A stretch of DNA of 64,000 nt from an uncultured Acidimicrobiia bacterium. GTDB taxonomy: Bacteria; Actinomycetota; Acidimicrobiia; Acidimicrobiales; AC-14. Where the stretch lies: contig CAWIIV010000006.1 of NCBI GenBank assembly GCA_963836205.1, positions 618,796 through 682,795 on the forward strand. The letters are read 5' to 3'. A program made the translations under genes and the position numbers. Within the stretch, counting starts at the first letter, position 1. Each line of letters opens with the position of its first letter. Below the pieces are notes generated by a model. It did no database searches and had not been told where the DNA came from. It worked only from the letters and a program-made list of their open reading frames with translations. This document shows positions 48,072 through 58,061 of the stretch, in pieces.

Positions 48072-49901
48072 GTGCCGACGCCGGGGTCGAGGCCCGTGGC
48101 CGTGCTGTTCTGCGACGGCGACCCGGGGGCGTGGCTGCCGACGGTCGCCGCCCTGGGTCGGGCCGCGCCCGGCGTGCCAATCGTGGTGGCGGGGCCCGAC
48201 CCGGCCGCCCTGGCCCCCCTCGTGGCCGCGGGGGCGACGGCGACGACGGCCACGTCGCTGGCGGCGGCAGTCAACCAGGCATGGCCGGCGCATGTGGTCG
48301 CGGTGATGGCGCCCGTCACCCTTCCCGACGATCCCTTCACTCCCGCCCTCGCCATCGTCGACGGCGACCGGCGGGTGGCGACGGTCGGGTTCCTGGCCGA
48401 CGTGGGCGACGACGACGGGCTCGTGACCCGACGGTTGCGCGCCACCGGATCGCCCCGCCCGGAGCCGGCACCGGTGCCCTACGCCACCGGGCCGGTGGTC
48501 GTGCTCTCCCGGCACGCCTTCTCCGCCGTCGGGCCGCTGCTCGAGGCGGGCCCGGCGGAGGCGGTGGCCGACTTCTCCCTCCGCGCCCGGCGCCGGGGCT
48601 TCCTCGACGTGGTCGACCCGTCGACCCAGGTCACCGGCCCCCCGACCCCTCCCGACCGGCGGTGGCTGCTCGAACGCCACCCGTTCGTGGCCGCCCTCCT
48701 CGACCACGACGACGACGGCCCCGGCGCGGCCGGCGAATCGCCGATTGCCGTCGTCCGCTCGGCCGCCCGGGCCCGGGCCCGTGGCCTGCGCATCCTGGTG
48801 GACGGGTCGTGGCTGGGCTCGTGGGAGATGGGCACCCAGGTCCAGGCGGTGGCGATGGTGCAGGCCCTCGCCCGCCGCCCCGACGTGGCCCAGGTCACCA
48901 TGGCCCTGCCCGCTGTCCTCCCGGCCGCCGCCCGGGCCCTCCTCGACGGACCAAAGGTCGACGCCCGGGCCGACACCGGCGGCAACCTGGCCGGCCTGGG
49001 CCCGGCCGACGTCGTCCACCGGCCGTTCCAACCCGATTGGCCCCTCGACATCGGTGCCTGGCGCCGGGAGGCGGCCCGCACCGTCGTCTCCATCCTCGAC
49101 CTCATCGCCTACACCGTGGGGTCGTACCACCCGTCGGGCGGGCACTGGGTGGCCCACCGGCGCACCGTCCGCCAGACCGTCGGCGCGGTCGACGGGGTGG
49201 TGGTCATCTCCGACGACGTGGCCCTCCAGGTCCGCCGGGAGCGGCTGGCGGTGGAGAACGACCGCCTGTTCGTGGTCGGCCTGGGCACCGACCACCTCCA
49301 GTGGGACGCCCCCGACTCGAAGCCGGCCGCCCTCGCAGACACCGGCCGGTTCGTCCTCGTCCTGGGCGCCGACTACGCCCACAAGAACCGCGACCTTGCC
49401 GTGGGCGCCCACGCCGACCTTGTCCGCCGGGGCCTCGACGTGGGGCTCGTCCTCGTCGGCCCGTCCGTCCTCCACGGGTCGTCGGCGGTGGCGGAGGCGG
49501 CCGCCGCCGGGCCGACCGTCGGCGCCGGAACCGTCCGCCTGCCCAACGTCCCCGCCGCCGAGCGCAACTGGCTCCTGCGCCACGCCGCCCTCGTCCTGTA
49601 CCCGACCTCGGCCGAGGGCTTCGGCCTCGTCCCCTACGAGGCCGCCCGCCTGGGGACGCCGACGGTGATGGTGCCGGTGGGACCCCTGGTGGACCTGGCC
49701 GCCCGCCTGCCGGTGTCCGCCGCCACGTGGTCGCCTGCGGCCCTCGCCGACGCGGCCGAGGCCCTCCTGTGGGACCCCACCCTGGCCGCAGCCCAGGTGC
49801 GGGCCACGCTCGCCGCCGGCCGCGACCTCACGTGGGACGCCACCGCGGCCCGCCTGGTCGACGTCTACCGCTCGCTCCTGGCCCGCCCCGCAGTACGTTG
49901 A
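48072..49901 (+). CDS. glycosyltransferase (degenerate GT2-like N-terminus + GT4)
   Basis: DFSLRARRRGF; ILDLIAY, HKN, YPTSAEGFGLVPYEAA. Confidence 0.85.
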   Translation: MPTPGSRPVAVLFCDGDPGAWLPTVAALGRAAPGVPIVVAGPDPAALAPLVAAGATATTATSLAAAVNQAWPAHVVAVMAPVTLPDDPFTPALAIVDGDRRVATVGFLADVGDDDGLVTRRLRATGSPRPEPAPVPYATGPVVVLSRHAFSAVGPLLEAGPAEAVADFSLRARRRGFLDVVDPSTQVTGPPTPPDRRWLLERHPFVAALLDHDDDGPGAAGESPIAVVRSAARARARGLRILVDGSWLGSWEMGTQVQAVAMVQALARRPDVAQVTMALPAVLPAAARALLDGPKVDARADTGGNLAGLGPADVVHRPFQPDWPLDIGAWRREAARTVVSILDLIAYTVGSYHPSGGHWVAHRRTVRQTVGAVDGVVVISDDVALQVRRERLAVENDRLFVVGLGTDHLQWDAPDSKPAALADTGRFVLVLGADYAHKNRDLAVGAHADLVRRGLDVGLVLVGPSVLHGSSAVAEAAAAGPTVGAGTVRLPNVPAAERNWLLRHAALVLYPTSAEGFGLVPYEAARLGTPTVMVPVGPLVDLAARLPVSAATWSPAALADAAEALLWDPTLAAAQVRATLAAGRDLTWDATAARLVDVYRSLLARPAVR

Positions 49902-49905
49902 ACCG

Positions 49906-51006
49906 GTGACCCGCACCCACTCCGACGAGGCCGCCGACCTGGCCGTCCTGGCCGTCACCCCTGGCAGCCGGGTCGTGCTCGTCGGCGGCACGCCCGCCCT
50001 CACCGCCGCCCTCACCGACCGCGGCTGCCACCTCGACGACGAGGGCGACGCCGTCGACGCGGTGGTCGTCCACGGCGGGGCGACGACCGCCGAGGCCCTG
50101 GCCGACGTCGCCACCCGCCTGGCCGCCGGGGGGCGGGTGGTCGTCACCGCCCCCAACGTCACCCACGGGGCGGTGCGCCTGGCCCTCCTCCAGGGCCGCT
50201 TCCCGTCCGCCGGCGACGGACCCGTGTTCGACCGGGACGCCCTCGACCGGCTCTTCTCCGACGCCGGCCTGGTGGTGCTCGACCGCATCGAGGTCCGCCG
50301 CCCCCTCGACGAAGCCGGGGTCGACGTCGACCCCGACGCCTTCAAGCCCGAACTGCTGGCCGCCATCGACGACGACCTCGACGCCCAGGTGGCCTCGCTC
50401 GTGTTCGTCGGCCGGCGGGCCACCGACGACAGCGTGGCGGTCGTGTCCGGTCCCGACGGGCTCTCGCTCGCCGAGGAGCTGCAGGACCGGCTGCGGCGGG
50501 CGGAGCTCGAGGCGGCCCGAGCGCGGTCCGACGCCGACGCCCGGGGCGAGCGGGTGCGGGAGCTCGAAGAGGCCCTCCGAGCCCGGCTGGCCGAGCTCGA
50601 CGACCTCCACGGCGAGCTGGCCCACGCCCGCATGGACCTGGAGCTGAAGGACGCCTACTCGCTGGAGATGCGCACCCTCGCCGACGACCGCGAGATGCAG
50701 GCCCACCTCACCCGGCTGGAGGCCCAGGCCCTCCAGCGATCGGTCGACCACCTCCAGGCCAACCTGCTGGAGGCCCACGCCCTCCTCGCCAGCCGCACCG
50801 GCGAGCTGGCCGTGGCCCGGGTGGAGATGAACCAGGTGGCCACCGAGCTCGACGCCGTCATCCACCGGGCCAGCTACCAGATCGTCGACGGCACCACCAA
50901 GGCGCTCGAACGGTTCCGGCCCGCGGCCCGCCTGGCGACGGGAGTGGCCCGCCGGCTGGCCCGCCTCGCGGGCCGGGGCCGACCGCCGGCCGCGCCGGGA
51001 GCCTGA
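49906..51006 (+). CDS. degenerate methyltransferase-fold + long coiled-coil protein
   Basis: GGRVVVTAPNVTHGAVRLALLQGRF resembles glycan-locus methyltransferases, but the SAM loop is eroded; C-terminal heptads. Confidence 0.7.
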   Translation: MTRTHSDEAADLAVLAVTPGSRVVLVGGTPALTAALTDRGCHLDDEGDAVDAVVVHGGATTAEALADVATRLAAGGRVVVTAPNVTHGAVRLALLQGRFPSAGDGPVFDRDALDRLFSDAGLVVLDRIEVRRPLDEAGVDVDPDAFKPELLAAIDDDLDAQVASLVFVGRRATDDSVAVVSGPDGLSLAEELQDRLRRAELEAARARSDADARGERVRELEEALRARLAELDDLHGELAHARMDLELKDAYSLEMRTLADDREMQAHLTRLEAQALQRSVDHLQANLLEAHALLASRTGELAVARVEMNQVATELDAVIHRASYQIVDGTTKALERFRPAARLATGVARRLARLAGRGRPPAAPGA

Positions 51007-51051
51007 CCCTGGCCGTCCCGTCACTCCGCCAACGCCGGCGACGTCGGCCTG

Positions 51052-52869
51052 GTGACGATGCCGTCGCCCGCCCGGCCCCGGGCGTCGGTGGTGATCCTGG
51101 CCTACCGCCACGCCCGCCTCGTCCACCGGGGCCTGGCCGCCCTCGCCCGCCACCGCACGCGGGTCGACTACGAGACGGTCATCGTCCTCAACGGCGCCGA
51201 CGACCAGGTGTGCGACGTGATCCACCACGGGGTGCGGGGTGCGGTCGTGGTCCGCTCGTCGGTGAACCTGGGCTTCGGCGGGGGCTGCAACCGGGGCGTG
51301 CGGGCGGCCCAGGGCGAGTACATCGTCCTCCTCAACGACGACACCGAGGTGGAGGACGGGTGGCTCGACGCCCTGGTCGACACGGCCGACCGCCATCCGG
51401 AGGCGGGTGCGATCGGCAGCCGGGTACGCGACCCGTACGGGAAGCTGCAGGAGGCGGGCGGGATCCTCTGGCGGGACGGGTCGATCTGGCACGTGGGCCG
51501 GCTGGTGTCGGACACGACCACGCGGTACCGCCACGTGCGGCGGGTGGACTACTGCTCGGCCTGCTCGCTCCTGGTCCGCCGCTCGACGTGGGACTCGGTG
51601 GGCGGCTTCGACGAGGCGTTCTTCCCCGGGTACTACGAGGACCTCGACCTCTGCCTCAACATCGCCGGCCTGGGCCAGACCATCCTCTACCAGCCCCGGG
51701 CCCGGCTCATGCACCACGGCGGGGGCGACGTCGGCAGCCTCGACCTGCGGGTGAAGGCGTTCGTGGCCCGCCGCAGCCGGGACACGTTCCTGGCCAAGTG
51801 GGGCGACAAGCTGGGCGGGTACCCGTCGCCGCCCGCGGCCACACCTCCCGATCCGCGGGCCATGCCGACCGTCGAGCGGGCCACCGAGGCGGCTCGCCAC
51901 CTGCCGCTGCGGGCGCTGGTGATCGACTCGCGGGTCGGTGTGGAGCTGGAGGCCGTGCTCACGGAGATCGCGGGCTCGTCGTCGGGGTATGCGGTGACGC
52001 TGGGCGGGGCCGGGCGGCTGCCGGAGCCGGTGCGCGACCGGCTGGGCGACGCCGGTGTCGACATCGTGCGCGACCTCGACGTCACGTTGGCCGGGGCGGT
52101 GGCGTTCGACGTGGTGGTGATCGCCGGCCGGGCGTTGTGGGACCGGTGGGCCGGCGTGGTGCGGGCGGCGCAGCCCCAGGCGCCGGTGGTGTTCTGGGAG
52201 ACCGGGCGTCGGCGACGTTGGTCCACCGGCGGACGCCGACCGGGTCGTGGTCCCGTCGGTTGTGCAGTTACGTCGGTATATCCACCACAACTGCACAACC
52301 GATGTGCTCGAGCCCCGCCGCCCGCCCGCCGACGGCCGTCCCCCGGCTTCGGGACCCGGCGCGACGTGCTCGCGGTCGGGAGCACCTGGCTGGCCGACGA
52401 GGTGATGCCTCTCATACGGGACGGCGGTGCGCCCGAGGCCCGCCTCCGGGTTGCGGACGGTGTCGACGCCCCGCCGTACGTCGTCGCCGCCACCGCCGAC
52501 GATCCCCCGCCGCGGGTGGTCGCCGCCACCGACCTCCTGGCCGCCGTGGCCGCCGTCGCCGACGGAGTCCCCGTCGTGATCACGCCCGACGTGGCCGCCC
52601 ACCTCCCCGCCGATCTCGTGGCCGCGGTGGTGGTCGCCGACGACGCCGCCGCCTTCGCCGCCGAGCTGGTCCCCCTCCTCACCGACCGCGCCGCCTGGGA
52701 GCGCCGACGGCGGACGATCGACGACGTCCCCCCGCCCGACCCCGAAACCGCCGGCAGCTGGCCCGCCGTCCTCGACGCCACCCGCCACGCCCGCCTCTCG
52801 GCCGCCGCTCCGTCCGCTGCCGTCCCCGGCCCATCCGCCGCTCGGCCCGCGTCCGCCACCGCTTCCTAA
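51052..52869 (+). CDS. GT2 glycosyltransferase with degenerate C-terminal GT-B-like region
   Basis: NLGFGGGCN, LLNDD, LQEAGGIL, VDYCSACSL, YYEDLDLC; a hairpin element sits in frame at 52256. Confidence 0.85.
   Translation: MTMPSPARPRASVVILAYRHARLVHRGLAALARHRTRVDYETVIVLNGADDQVCDVIHHGVRGAVVVRSSVNLGFGGGCNRGVRAAQGEYIVLLNDDTEVEDGWLDALVDTADRHPEAGAIGSRVRDPYGKLQEAGGILWRDGSIWHVGRLVSDTTTRYRHVRRVDYCSACSLLVRRSTWDSVGGFDEAFFPGYYEDLDLCLNIAGLGQTILYQPRARLMHHGGGDVGSLDLRVKAFVARRSRDTFLAKWGDKLGGYPSPPAATPPDPRAMPTVERATEAARHLPLRALVIDSRVGVELEAVLTEIAGSSSGYAVTLGGAGRLPEPVRDRLGDAGVDIVRDLDVTLAGAVAFDVVVIAGRALWDRWAGVVRAAQPQAPVVFWETGRRRRWSTGGRRPGRGPVGCAVTSVYPPQLHNRCARAPPPARRRPSPGFGTRRDVLAVGSTWLADEVMPLIRDGGAPEARLRVADGVDAPPYVVAATADDPPPRVVAATDLLAAVAAVADGVPVVITPDVAAHLPADLVAAVVVADDAAAFAAELVPLLTDRAAWERRRRTIDDVPPPDPETAGSWPAVLDATRHARLSAAAPSAAVPGPSAARPASATAS
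52256..52302. repeat. 47-bp hairpin element (family D) inside the GT2 ORF
   Basis: Perfect 14-bp arms TCGGTTGTGCAGTT / AACTGCACAACCGA. Confidence 0.9.
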
Positions 52870-52985
52870 CCAGCCGCCGCCCGATAGGTGCCGGCGCCGT
52901 CCTCTTCGCCGCCATCGCTCCGTCCGCTCGAAGCCACCACCCGGTGGCCCCGGCCCCGGCCCCGGCGGGGGCGGTCGTCCCGTTG

Positions 52986-53174
52986 GTTGTGCAGTTACGT
53001 CGGTATATCCAACGCAACTGCACAACATCGTGCCTCGGTCGGGGGGCGACCTCGCTGGCCGACGAGGTGCTGCCCCTCGTGCGGGAAGGCGGTGCGCCCG
53101 AGGCCCGCCTCTGGGTTGCGGACGGCGTCGACGCCCCGCCGTACCTCGTCGTCGCCACCGCCGATGATCCCCCA
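52986..53174 (+). repeat. second family-D hairpin plus a diverged ~125-bp duplicate of GT2 coding sequence
   Basis: GTTGTGCAGTT..AACTGCACAAC (52986-53026); 53049-53174 matches 52384-52509 (LADEV.PL.R.GGAPEARL.VADGVDAPPY). Confidence 0.88.
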
Positions 53175-53333
53175 GCCTGGGCGTTGACGCCATCGCTCCG
53201 TCCGTCACCCGGGAGCCAGCCGCCAGACGACCAGGCGCCGAGCCTGCCCCTCCGCCATCCGCCGCCGTTCCGGCCGGCATCCCAGCCGTCGCCCAGGCGG
53301 CGGCCGGGCGACGGCGCCCGCCCTTCCCGTCGT

Positions 53334-54737
53334 TTAGAGCACGCCTCTCCGCCAGGGGCCGGTGATGGCGAAGGTGATGCCGGGGCTCTGGATGTTGGCG
53401 AAGAGCCAGTTGCCGTTCTTGGGCTCGAACGTCGCCCCCGCCCACTCCGAGCCGGTGAAGTCGCCCGAATAGCCCTTGGTCGCGGCGTAGCTGTCGGGCA
53501 GGACCACGTTGTTCCGGGCGAACGGGAAGATCTCCCCGTCGGACGAGAGCCCGTGGAGGAATTCCAGGCCGCCGCCGTCCTCGCACAGCACCAACCCGCC
53601 CCGGGGGCTCACGCAGACGTTGTCGGGAGCGTTGAGGACGGCCGCCGAGGGCGACGCGAACACGCAGGTGAACGTGCCCGCGACCGGGTCGAGGGCGAAC
53701 ACCTGGCCCTGGCGGCTGGGCGCCCCGTCGGTCGAGATCACGTAGACGAGCCCGTTGCCGTACCAGGCCCCTTCCCCCCGGCTGAGGCGGGCCGCCCCCT
53801 TGACCCGCACCTGGTTCCAGGGGCTCGGCGTGGGCGGGGCCCAGTCGGGGGTGTCGACCGTCACCCACGCCTCGATGGAGGCGGTGGTGCCCGTGGTCCA
53901 CTCCCGGGTGTCGGTGGTGCCCGCCAGCTTCATGGCCTCCAACACCCCGCCCGCGGCCAGGTTGGCGGGGTCGGCGGGCCGGAACCGGTAGAGGGCGGAG
54001 CTGCCGGCGTCCTCCGTCTCGTACACGTACCCGGTACCGGGGTCGGTGGCGGTGGCCTCGTGGGAGAACCGGCCCATGGCCTTCAGTGGCACCGCGTTCG
54101 ACGGTCCGTCCGACGGCACCTCGAAGACGTACCCGTGGCGCCGGCCGCCGACGATCGTGGTCGTCTCCTCGCACGTCAGCCACGTGCCCTGAGGCGTGGG
54201 ACCGCCGGCGCAGTTGCGGATGGTCCCGCTCAGGCTGGCGTAGCTCTCGACGACCCGGGCGGCGTCGGGGTCGAACACGAGGTTGGTGGTGCCGCCGCCC
54301 GCGGCCGGGTCGTACACCCGGTCGGCGGGGGCGAAGGGGGTGCTCGCGTCCCGCTCGTGGTTGCGGACCAGATGCACGCGGTCGCCCCGGCGGAAGGCGG
54401 CCATGCCGTCGTGGGCACCGGGCGTGGGGATGCCATCGGACATGAGGTCGCCAGTCCACCCGAGGCTCATGTACTCGAAGCCCCGCGGGAGCAGGAGGAG
54501 CTCGAGGTTGGTCGTGGCGTCCCGGACGGGGAAGAGCGGCCCGTAGCCCAGGCCGGTGGGCTTGCCGGCACCGTTGCCATTGCCTGTGCCTGGCGCGGCC
54601 GCCGCGGCCGCCGCCGAGCGGGCGGCGAGGGCCGCGAACGGCCCCATCACGGCCGCCCCGGCCCCGGTGGCGAGCGCCCCCCGCAGGAACGTGCGCCGGT
54701 TCAGGCTCAGGTCGAGGTGGTTCCTGGTGTCGGTCAT
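53334..54737 (-). CDS. phoX: PhoX-family (DUF839) alkaline phosphatase, Tat-exported
   Basis: NRRTFL twin-arginine signal, HDGMAAF, LVRNHE, NCAGG.TP.GTWLTCEE, MGRFSHEA, PDN, LCEDG. Confidence 0.9.
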   Translation of the reverse strand: MTDTRNHLDLSLNRRTFLRGALATGAGAAVMGPFAALAARSAAAAAAAPGTGNGNGAGKPTGLGYGPLFPVRDATTNLELLLLPRGFEYMSLGWTGDLMSDGIPTPGAHDGMAAFRRGDRVHLVRNHERDASTPFAPADRVYDPAAGGGTTNLVFDPDAARVVESYASLSGTIRNCAGGPTPQGTWLTCEETTTIVGGRRHGYVFEVPSDGPSNAVPLKAMGRFSHEATATDPGTGYVYETEDAGSSALYRFRPADPANLAAGGVLEAMKLAGTTDTREWTTGTTASIEAWVTVDTPDWAPPTPSPWNQVRVKGAARLSRGEGAWYGNGLVYVISTDGAPSRQGQVFALDPVAGTFTCVFASPSAAVLNAPDNVCVSPRGGLVLCEDGGGLEFLHGLSSDGEIFPFARNNVVLPDSYAATKGYSGDFTGSEWAGATFEPKNGNWLFANIQSPGITFAITGPWRRGVL

Positions 54738-54826
54738 CGTCCGCGAACCTAAGAAGCGAACCTGAACACCCAGTTGCCGGCCGTCGACCAGAAAGGGAAT
54801 CCTGGCCGAGCTTTCGGTGTCCCCGG

Positions 54827-55189
54827 TCAGATTGGGGTCTGCTGGTGGACGGCGAGCTTCCACGACCCGTGGTCGCGGACGTAGGTGCTGTTGAACAGGG
54901 CCTCGTAGTCGGACTCACCCCGCCGGGCGGTGGCCCGGTAGGCGACGACGGCGCTGTCGGCCGTGAGGTCGACCACCCGCTCGTCGGCCAGTTCGAAGGA
55001 GTCCCACGAGGCCCCGCTCATCGAGTCGACGACCTGCTGGCGGTCGTCGATGACGAGGCCCCCGGGGAGGAGCATCAGCACGTCGTCGGCCAGCAGGTCC
55101 CCGTAGAAGGCGACGGCGGCCTGGCCGCTGGTGGCAAGAGCCCGCCAGGCGGCACGCTCGAGGTCGAGAAGGGCTTCGTGGGCGTCCAT
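54827..55189 (-). CDS. NTF2-like/DUF4440 family protein
   Basis: LLDLERAAW, VVAYRA, STYVR..GSWKLAVHQQTP. Confidence 0.85.
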   Translation of the reverse strand: MDAHEALLDLERAAWRALATSGQAAVAFYGDLLADDVLMLLPGGLVIDDRQQVVDSMSGASWDSFELADERVVDLTADSAVVAYRATARRGESDYEALFNSTYVRDHGSWKLAVHQQTPI

Positions 55190-55288
55190 GCCCGAAGTGT
55201 TCCCCTCAGGGCGCCCGACTAATGACCGACGCACCGATCGCTCCGGCGCCGCCGCGCCCGGGGGGACACCGCCTCTCAGTGCGCCGGA

Positions 55289-56173
55289 CTAATGAGCCTC
55301 GAGCACCATCACAGACTGGCCGAAGTTGTTGAGCTCGCCGTCGACCTCGAAGTGCTTCTGGTCGCCCCGGTACCAGGCCTTGGTCTTCCAGCCCGCCATC
55401 AACGCGATCATCTCCATGAGATCGACCGACGTGGTGACGTTGCGGACATCCGACCAGCGGGCGTTGAAGTCCATCTTCGACGAGTTGACGAAGATGACCC
55501 GCGACGCGTCGAGGTCCATCGGCAGGCACGACAGCACGAACGTTCCCCCGAGACGGGTGATACGGCGGGCGTCCTTGAGGATGTTGTAGGTGTCCTCGTG
55601 CTCGGTGTGGGTGAAGACGGAGAAGGCGCAGACCATGTCGACGGTGGCGTCGGGGATGGGGAAGGTGTTGTCGGACTGCTTTATCCAGGTCACCTCGCAT
55701 GGCGGGTTGGGCACGACGACCGCGATGCGGTGGGCCGCCCTCGTCAATATCTGCTGGGAGATGTCGGTGCCGATGTAGTGGCCGCCGTCGAGCCAGGGCA
55801 CCACCTGGGCCGCCAGTCGGCCGATGCCACAGCCCAGGTCGACCAGCGTCTGCCGCGGTTGCAGCCCCTCCTTCTGGAGGATGGCCAGCTCCAGCCGGCC
55901 GAAGCGCTCGATGCCCTCGCCCACCACCGTGTAGTCGTCGTGGCGCTCGGCGTGCTGCTCGTACAACGTCTCGTAGATGCCGGGCACCGGCGCGCCCCCC
56001 GGCCCGGGAACCGCCGGGTCGGTCGGGGTCAACGTCAACGACGCCGACTCCGGCGGCAGGGGCGACCCGTTCACCAGCCGGCGGATGTACCGCCGGGCCG
56101 GCTCCGGCACCACCTTGCGCAGACCGTCGCGCACCAACTCGACCGGGTCCTTCGACGACGACTTCTGATCCAT
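55289..56173 (-). CDS. class I SAM-dependent methyltransferase
   Basis: VDLGCGIGRL, YIGTDIS, AFSVFTH. Confidence 0.88.
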   Translation of the reverse strand: MDQKSSSKDPVELVRDGLRKVVPEPARRYIRRLVNGSPLPPESASLTLTPTDPAVPGPGGAPVPGIYETLYEQHAERHDDYTVVGEGIERFGRLELAILQKEGLQPRQTLVDLGCGIGRLAAQVVPWLDGGHYIGTDISQQILTRAAHRIAVVVPNPPCEVTWIKQSDNTFPIPDATVDMVCAFSVFTHTEHEDTYNILKDARRITRLGGTFVLSCLPMDLDASRVIFVNSSKMDFNARWSDVRNVTTSVDLMEMIALMAGWKTKAWYRGDQKHFEVDGELNNFGQSVMVLEAH

Positions 56174-56181
56174 GACCTCTC

Positions 56182-56979
56182 TCAACTTCCGACCGCGGTG
56201 CCGAACGTGCGTCGGCCGACCACGGTGAAGAACTCGTGCTCGCCGTAACTGCCCTTCTGGGTGTGGCGGGTGACCGTGGTGTCGGCGAAGCCCAGGACAC
56301 CGAACATGGCCTGGATCACCTCGGCGGTGAGGAACCACCACGTGTCGAGGGGGGCGCCGATCTTCCAGTCGGGCAGGAACTCCACCGACGGACGGGTCGC
56401 GGCGGGGTCGCCGGGGGCGAACGGCTCGTGCCGGTTGTTGACGATCTCGGTGACGATCGCCGTCTCCTTCACCAGCCGCAGGCCGTTCCACAGGGCGAGG
56501 AACGGGTCGCGCACGTGCAGGAGGATGGCGCCGTACAGGGCCACGTCGACCGGGCCGATGGAGGCCGGGACCTCGTAGACGGTGCCGTAGACCACCCGGG
56601 CCCGGGACTTGAACACCCGGTGGGCGTACCACCAGCTGTCGTTGAGCCGCCGGATCAGGCCCTGGCGCTGGGCGATGATGGCGTCGACGTCGATGACGGC
56701 GAACGGCACCACGTCCCACGGCTGCTTCTCGGACAGGTCGTAGGCCACCACCTCGGCCCCGCGCGACTCCATGTGGCGGCACATGTGCCCCGACGCGGTG
56801 CCCATCTCGAGCACCCGCTTGCCGGCCAGGTCGACGTGCCCGGCGTAGTCGTCCTCGCCGCCCCGGAGGTCCCACTGGCCCTCCACGATGCCCCGGCCCG
56901 GTAGGTCGGTGGTGTGGTACCAGAGGCAGTCGTCGGGGTTGTCGACCACCCGCTCGGGGGCGTACGGAGAGGTGGTCAT
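56182..56979 (-). CDS. class I SAM-dependent methyltransferase
   Basis: WYHTTDLP, GKRVLEMGTASG, GAILLHVRDP, WW; ATGA-coupled to the upstream gene. Confidence 0.85.
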   Translation of the reverse strand: MTTSPYAPERVVDNPDDCLWYHTTDLPGRGIVEGQWDLRGGEDDYAGHVDLAGKRVLEMGTASGHMCRHMESRGAEVVAYDLSEKQPWDVVPFAVIDVDAIIAQRQGLIRRLNDSWWYAHRVFKSRARVVYGTVYEVPASIGPVDVALYGAILLHVRDPFLALWNGLRLVKETAIVTEIVNNRHEPFAPGDPAATRPSVEFLPDWKIGAPLDTWWFLTAEVIQAMFGVLGFADTTVTRHTQKGSYGEHEFFTVVGRRTFGTAVGS

Positions 56980-58055
56980 GAGGTCTTGTCCTCGATCGGT
57001 ACGCCCATGAACTCCCACACCCGTAGCCGCTCGGCGGCCTCGCCGTCCTCGTAGACCACGACCCGCTCCGCGGGCCGGCCGAAGGCCACTTCGAGCAGGT
57101 CGGGGGCGTCGCCCTCCCCCAGGTCGAGGGTGGCCTGGAGGCCGGCGAAGCGGACGTCGGCGGTGGGTCCCCGCTCGGGACGGATGCTCACCCGGGCCAG
57201 CGGGTCGTGGGTGATCATCGGTCGGGGCTGGGAGGTCACCTCGACGGTGTAGCCGATGCCGCGGGCGGCGGCCCTGACCAGGGCGGTGGCGGTCCGGGCC
57301 TGGGCCGCCTCGATGGCTCCCGACGCCCAGAACTCCTTCTGGTCCTTGATCAGCGACGGGTGGCGGAAGAGCACCATGCCCTGGGGGGGTGCGGTGGCGG
57401 GGCCACCCAGGGGGACGGCCGGCGCCGCCACCACCCGCAGGCCCGCCTTGCGGGCCCGCGCCGCCCAGTCGATCTCGCTGCCCGACTTGTAGTTGAGGTC
57501 GAAGCGGTCGATGCGGCGGACGGCGGAGAGGACCACGAGCATGCACTCGGGGCTGGGCGCGGGGATGTCGATGGCCTCGGTGCCGAACTCGGCCGCCAAC
57601 TGGGCCGCCGCCCAGCTGCGGGCGCCACCGGCGACCTGCGTATCGAGGCCGGTCACCATGGCGATGTCGGGGTCGGACTTCGCCACCGCCCACAGGCGAG
57701 CCCCGATCGGCCACGGCGGCAGGGGGCCCGAGAGCATGACCACCGCGTCGAACCACATGTCGGTGGCGTAGTTGATGGCCTGGTTGCGGGCCGCGGCCAG
57801 GGTGATGGGACGGGAGGTGACCCGGTGGGTGACCGACTCGCCGCCGTCGGAGGCGTAGGTCAGGATCTCGAGCACGTCGGGCCCGGGACCGATCACCGCG
57901 ATCAGGACCTTCCCGCCGACCACCAGGTCGCCGCCGCCCTCGGCCTCGGCCCCGACGATGCCCTCGCCGGTGTCGGCCCCGTCGATGCCGGTGTCGTCCT
58001 CGAGGTATTCGCCGTCAGGCCCGATCGACCGGAAGACCGGTCCCTCGGTGCTCAC
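56976..58055 (-). CDS. degenerate GT2-like protein
   Basis: AAARNQAI, IDIP...CMLV, FDLNYKSGSEIDWAARARKAGLRVV resemble GT2 motifs, with no clear DxD. Confidence 0.6.
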   Translation of the reverse strand: MSTEGPVFRSIGPDGEYLEDDTGIDGADTGEGIVGAEAEGGGDLVVGGKVLIAVIGPGPDVLEILTYASDGGESVTHRVTSRPITLAAARNQAINYATDMWFDAVVMLSGPLPPWPIGARLWAVAKSDPDIAMVTGLDTQVAGGARSWAAAQLAAEFGTEAIDIPAPSPECMLVVLSAVRRIDRFDLNYKSGSEIDWAARARKAGLRVVAAPAVPLGGPATAPPQGMVLFRHPSLIKDQKEFWASGAIEAAQARTATALVRAAARGIGYTVEVTSQPRPMITHDPLARVSIRPERGPTADVRFAGLQATLDLGEGDAPDLLEVAFGRPAERVVVYEDGEAAERLRVWEFMGVPIEDKTS

Positions 58056-58061
58056 GTCGAT

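Noticed and set aside
54740-54775. PHO box upstream of phoX
   Set aside because: AGGTTCGC repeats at 13-bp spacing rather than the 11-bp PhoP period; not supportable.
44704-54918. Very long ORFs such as 44704..47928(+), 49828..54918(-) and 51210..54752(+), and similar ones elsewhere
   Set aside because: Antisense or off-frame shadows of real genes in GC-rich DNA; Arg/Gly/Pro-rich with no motifs.
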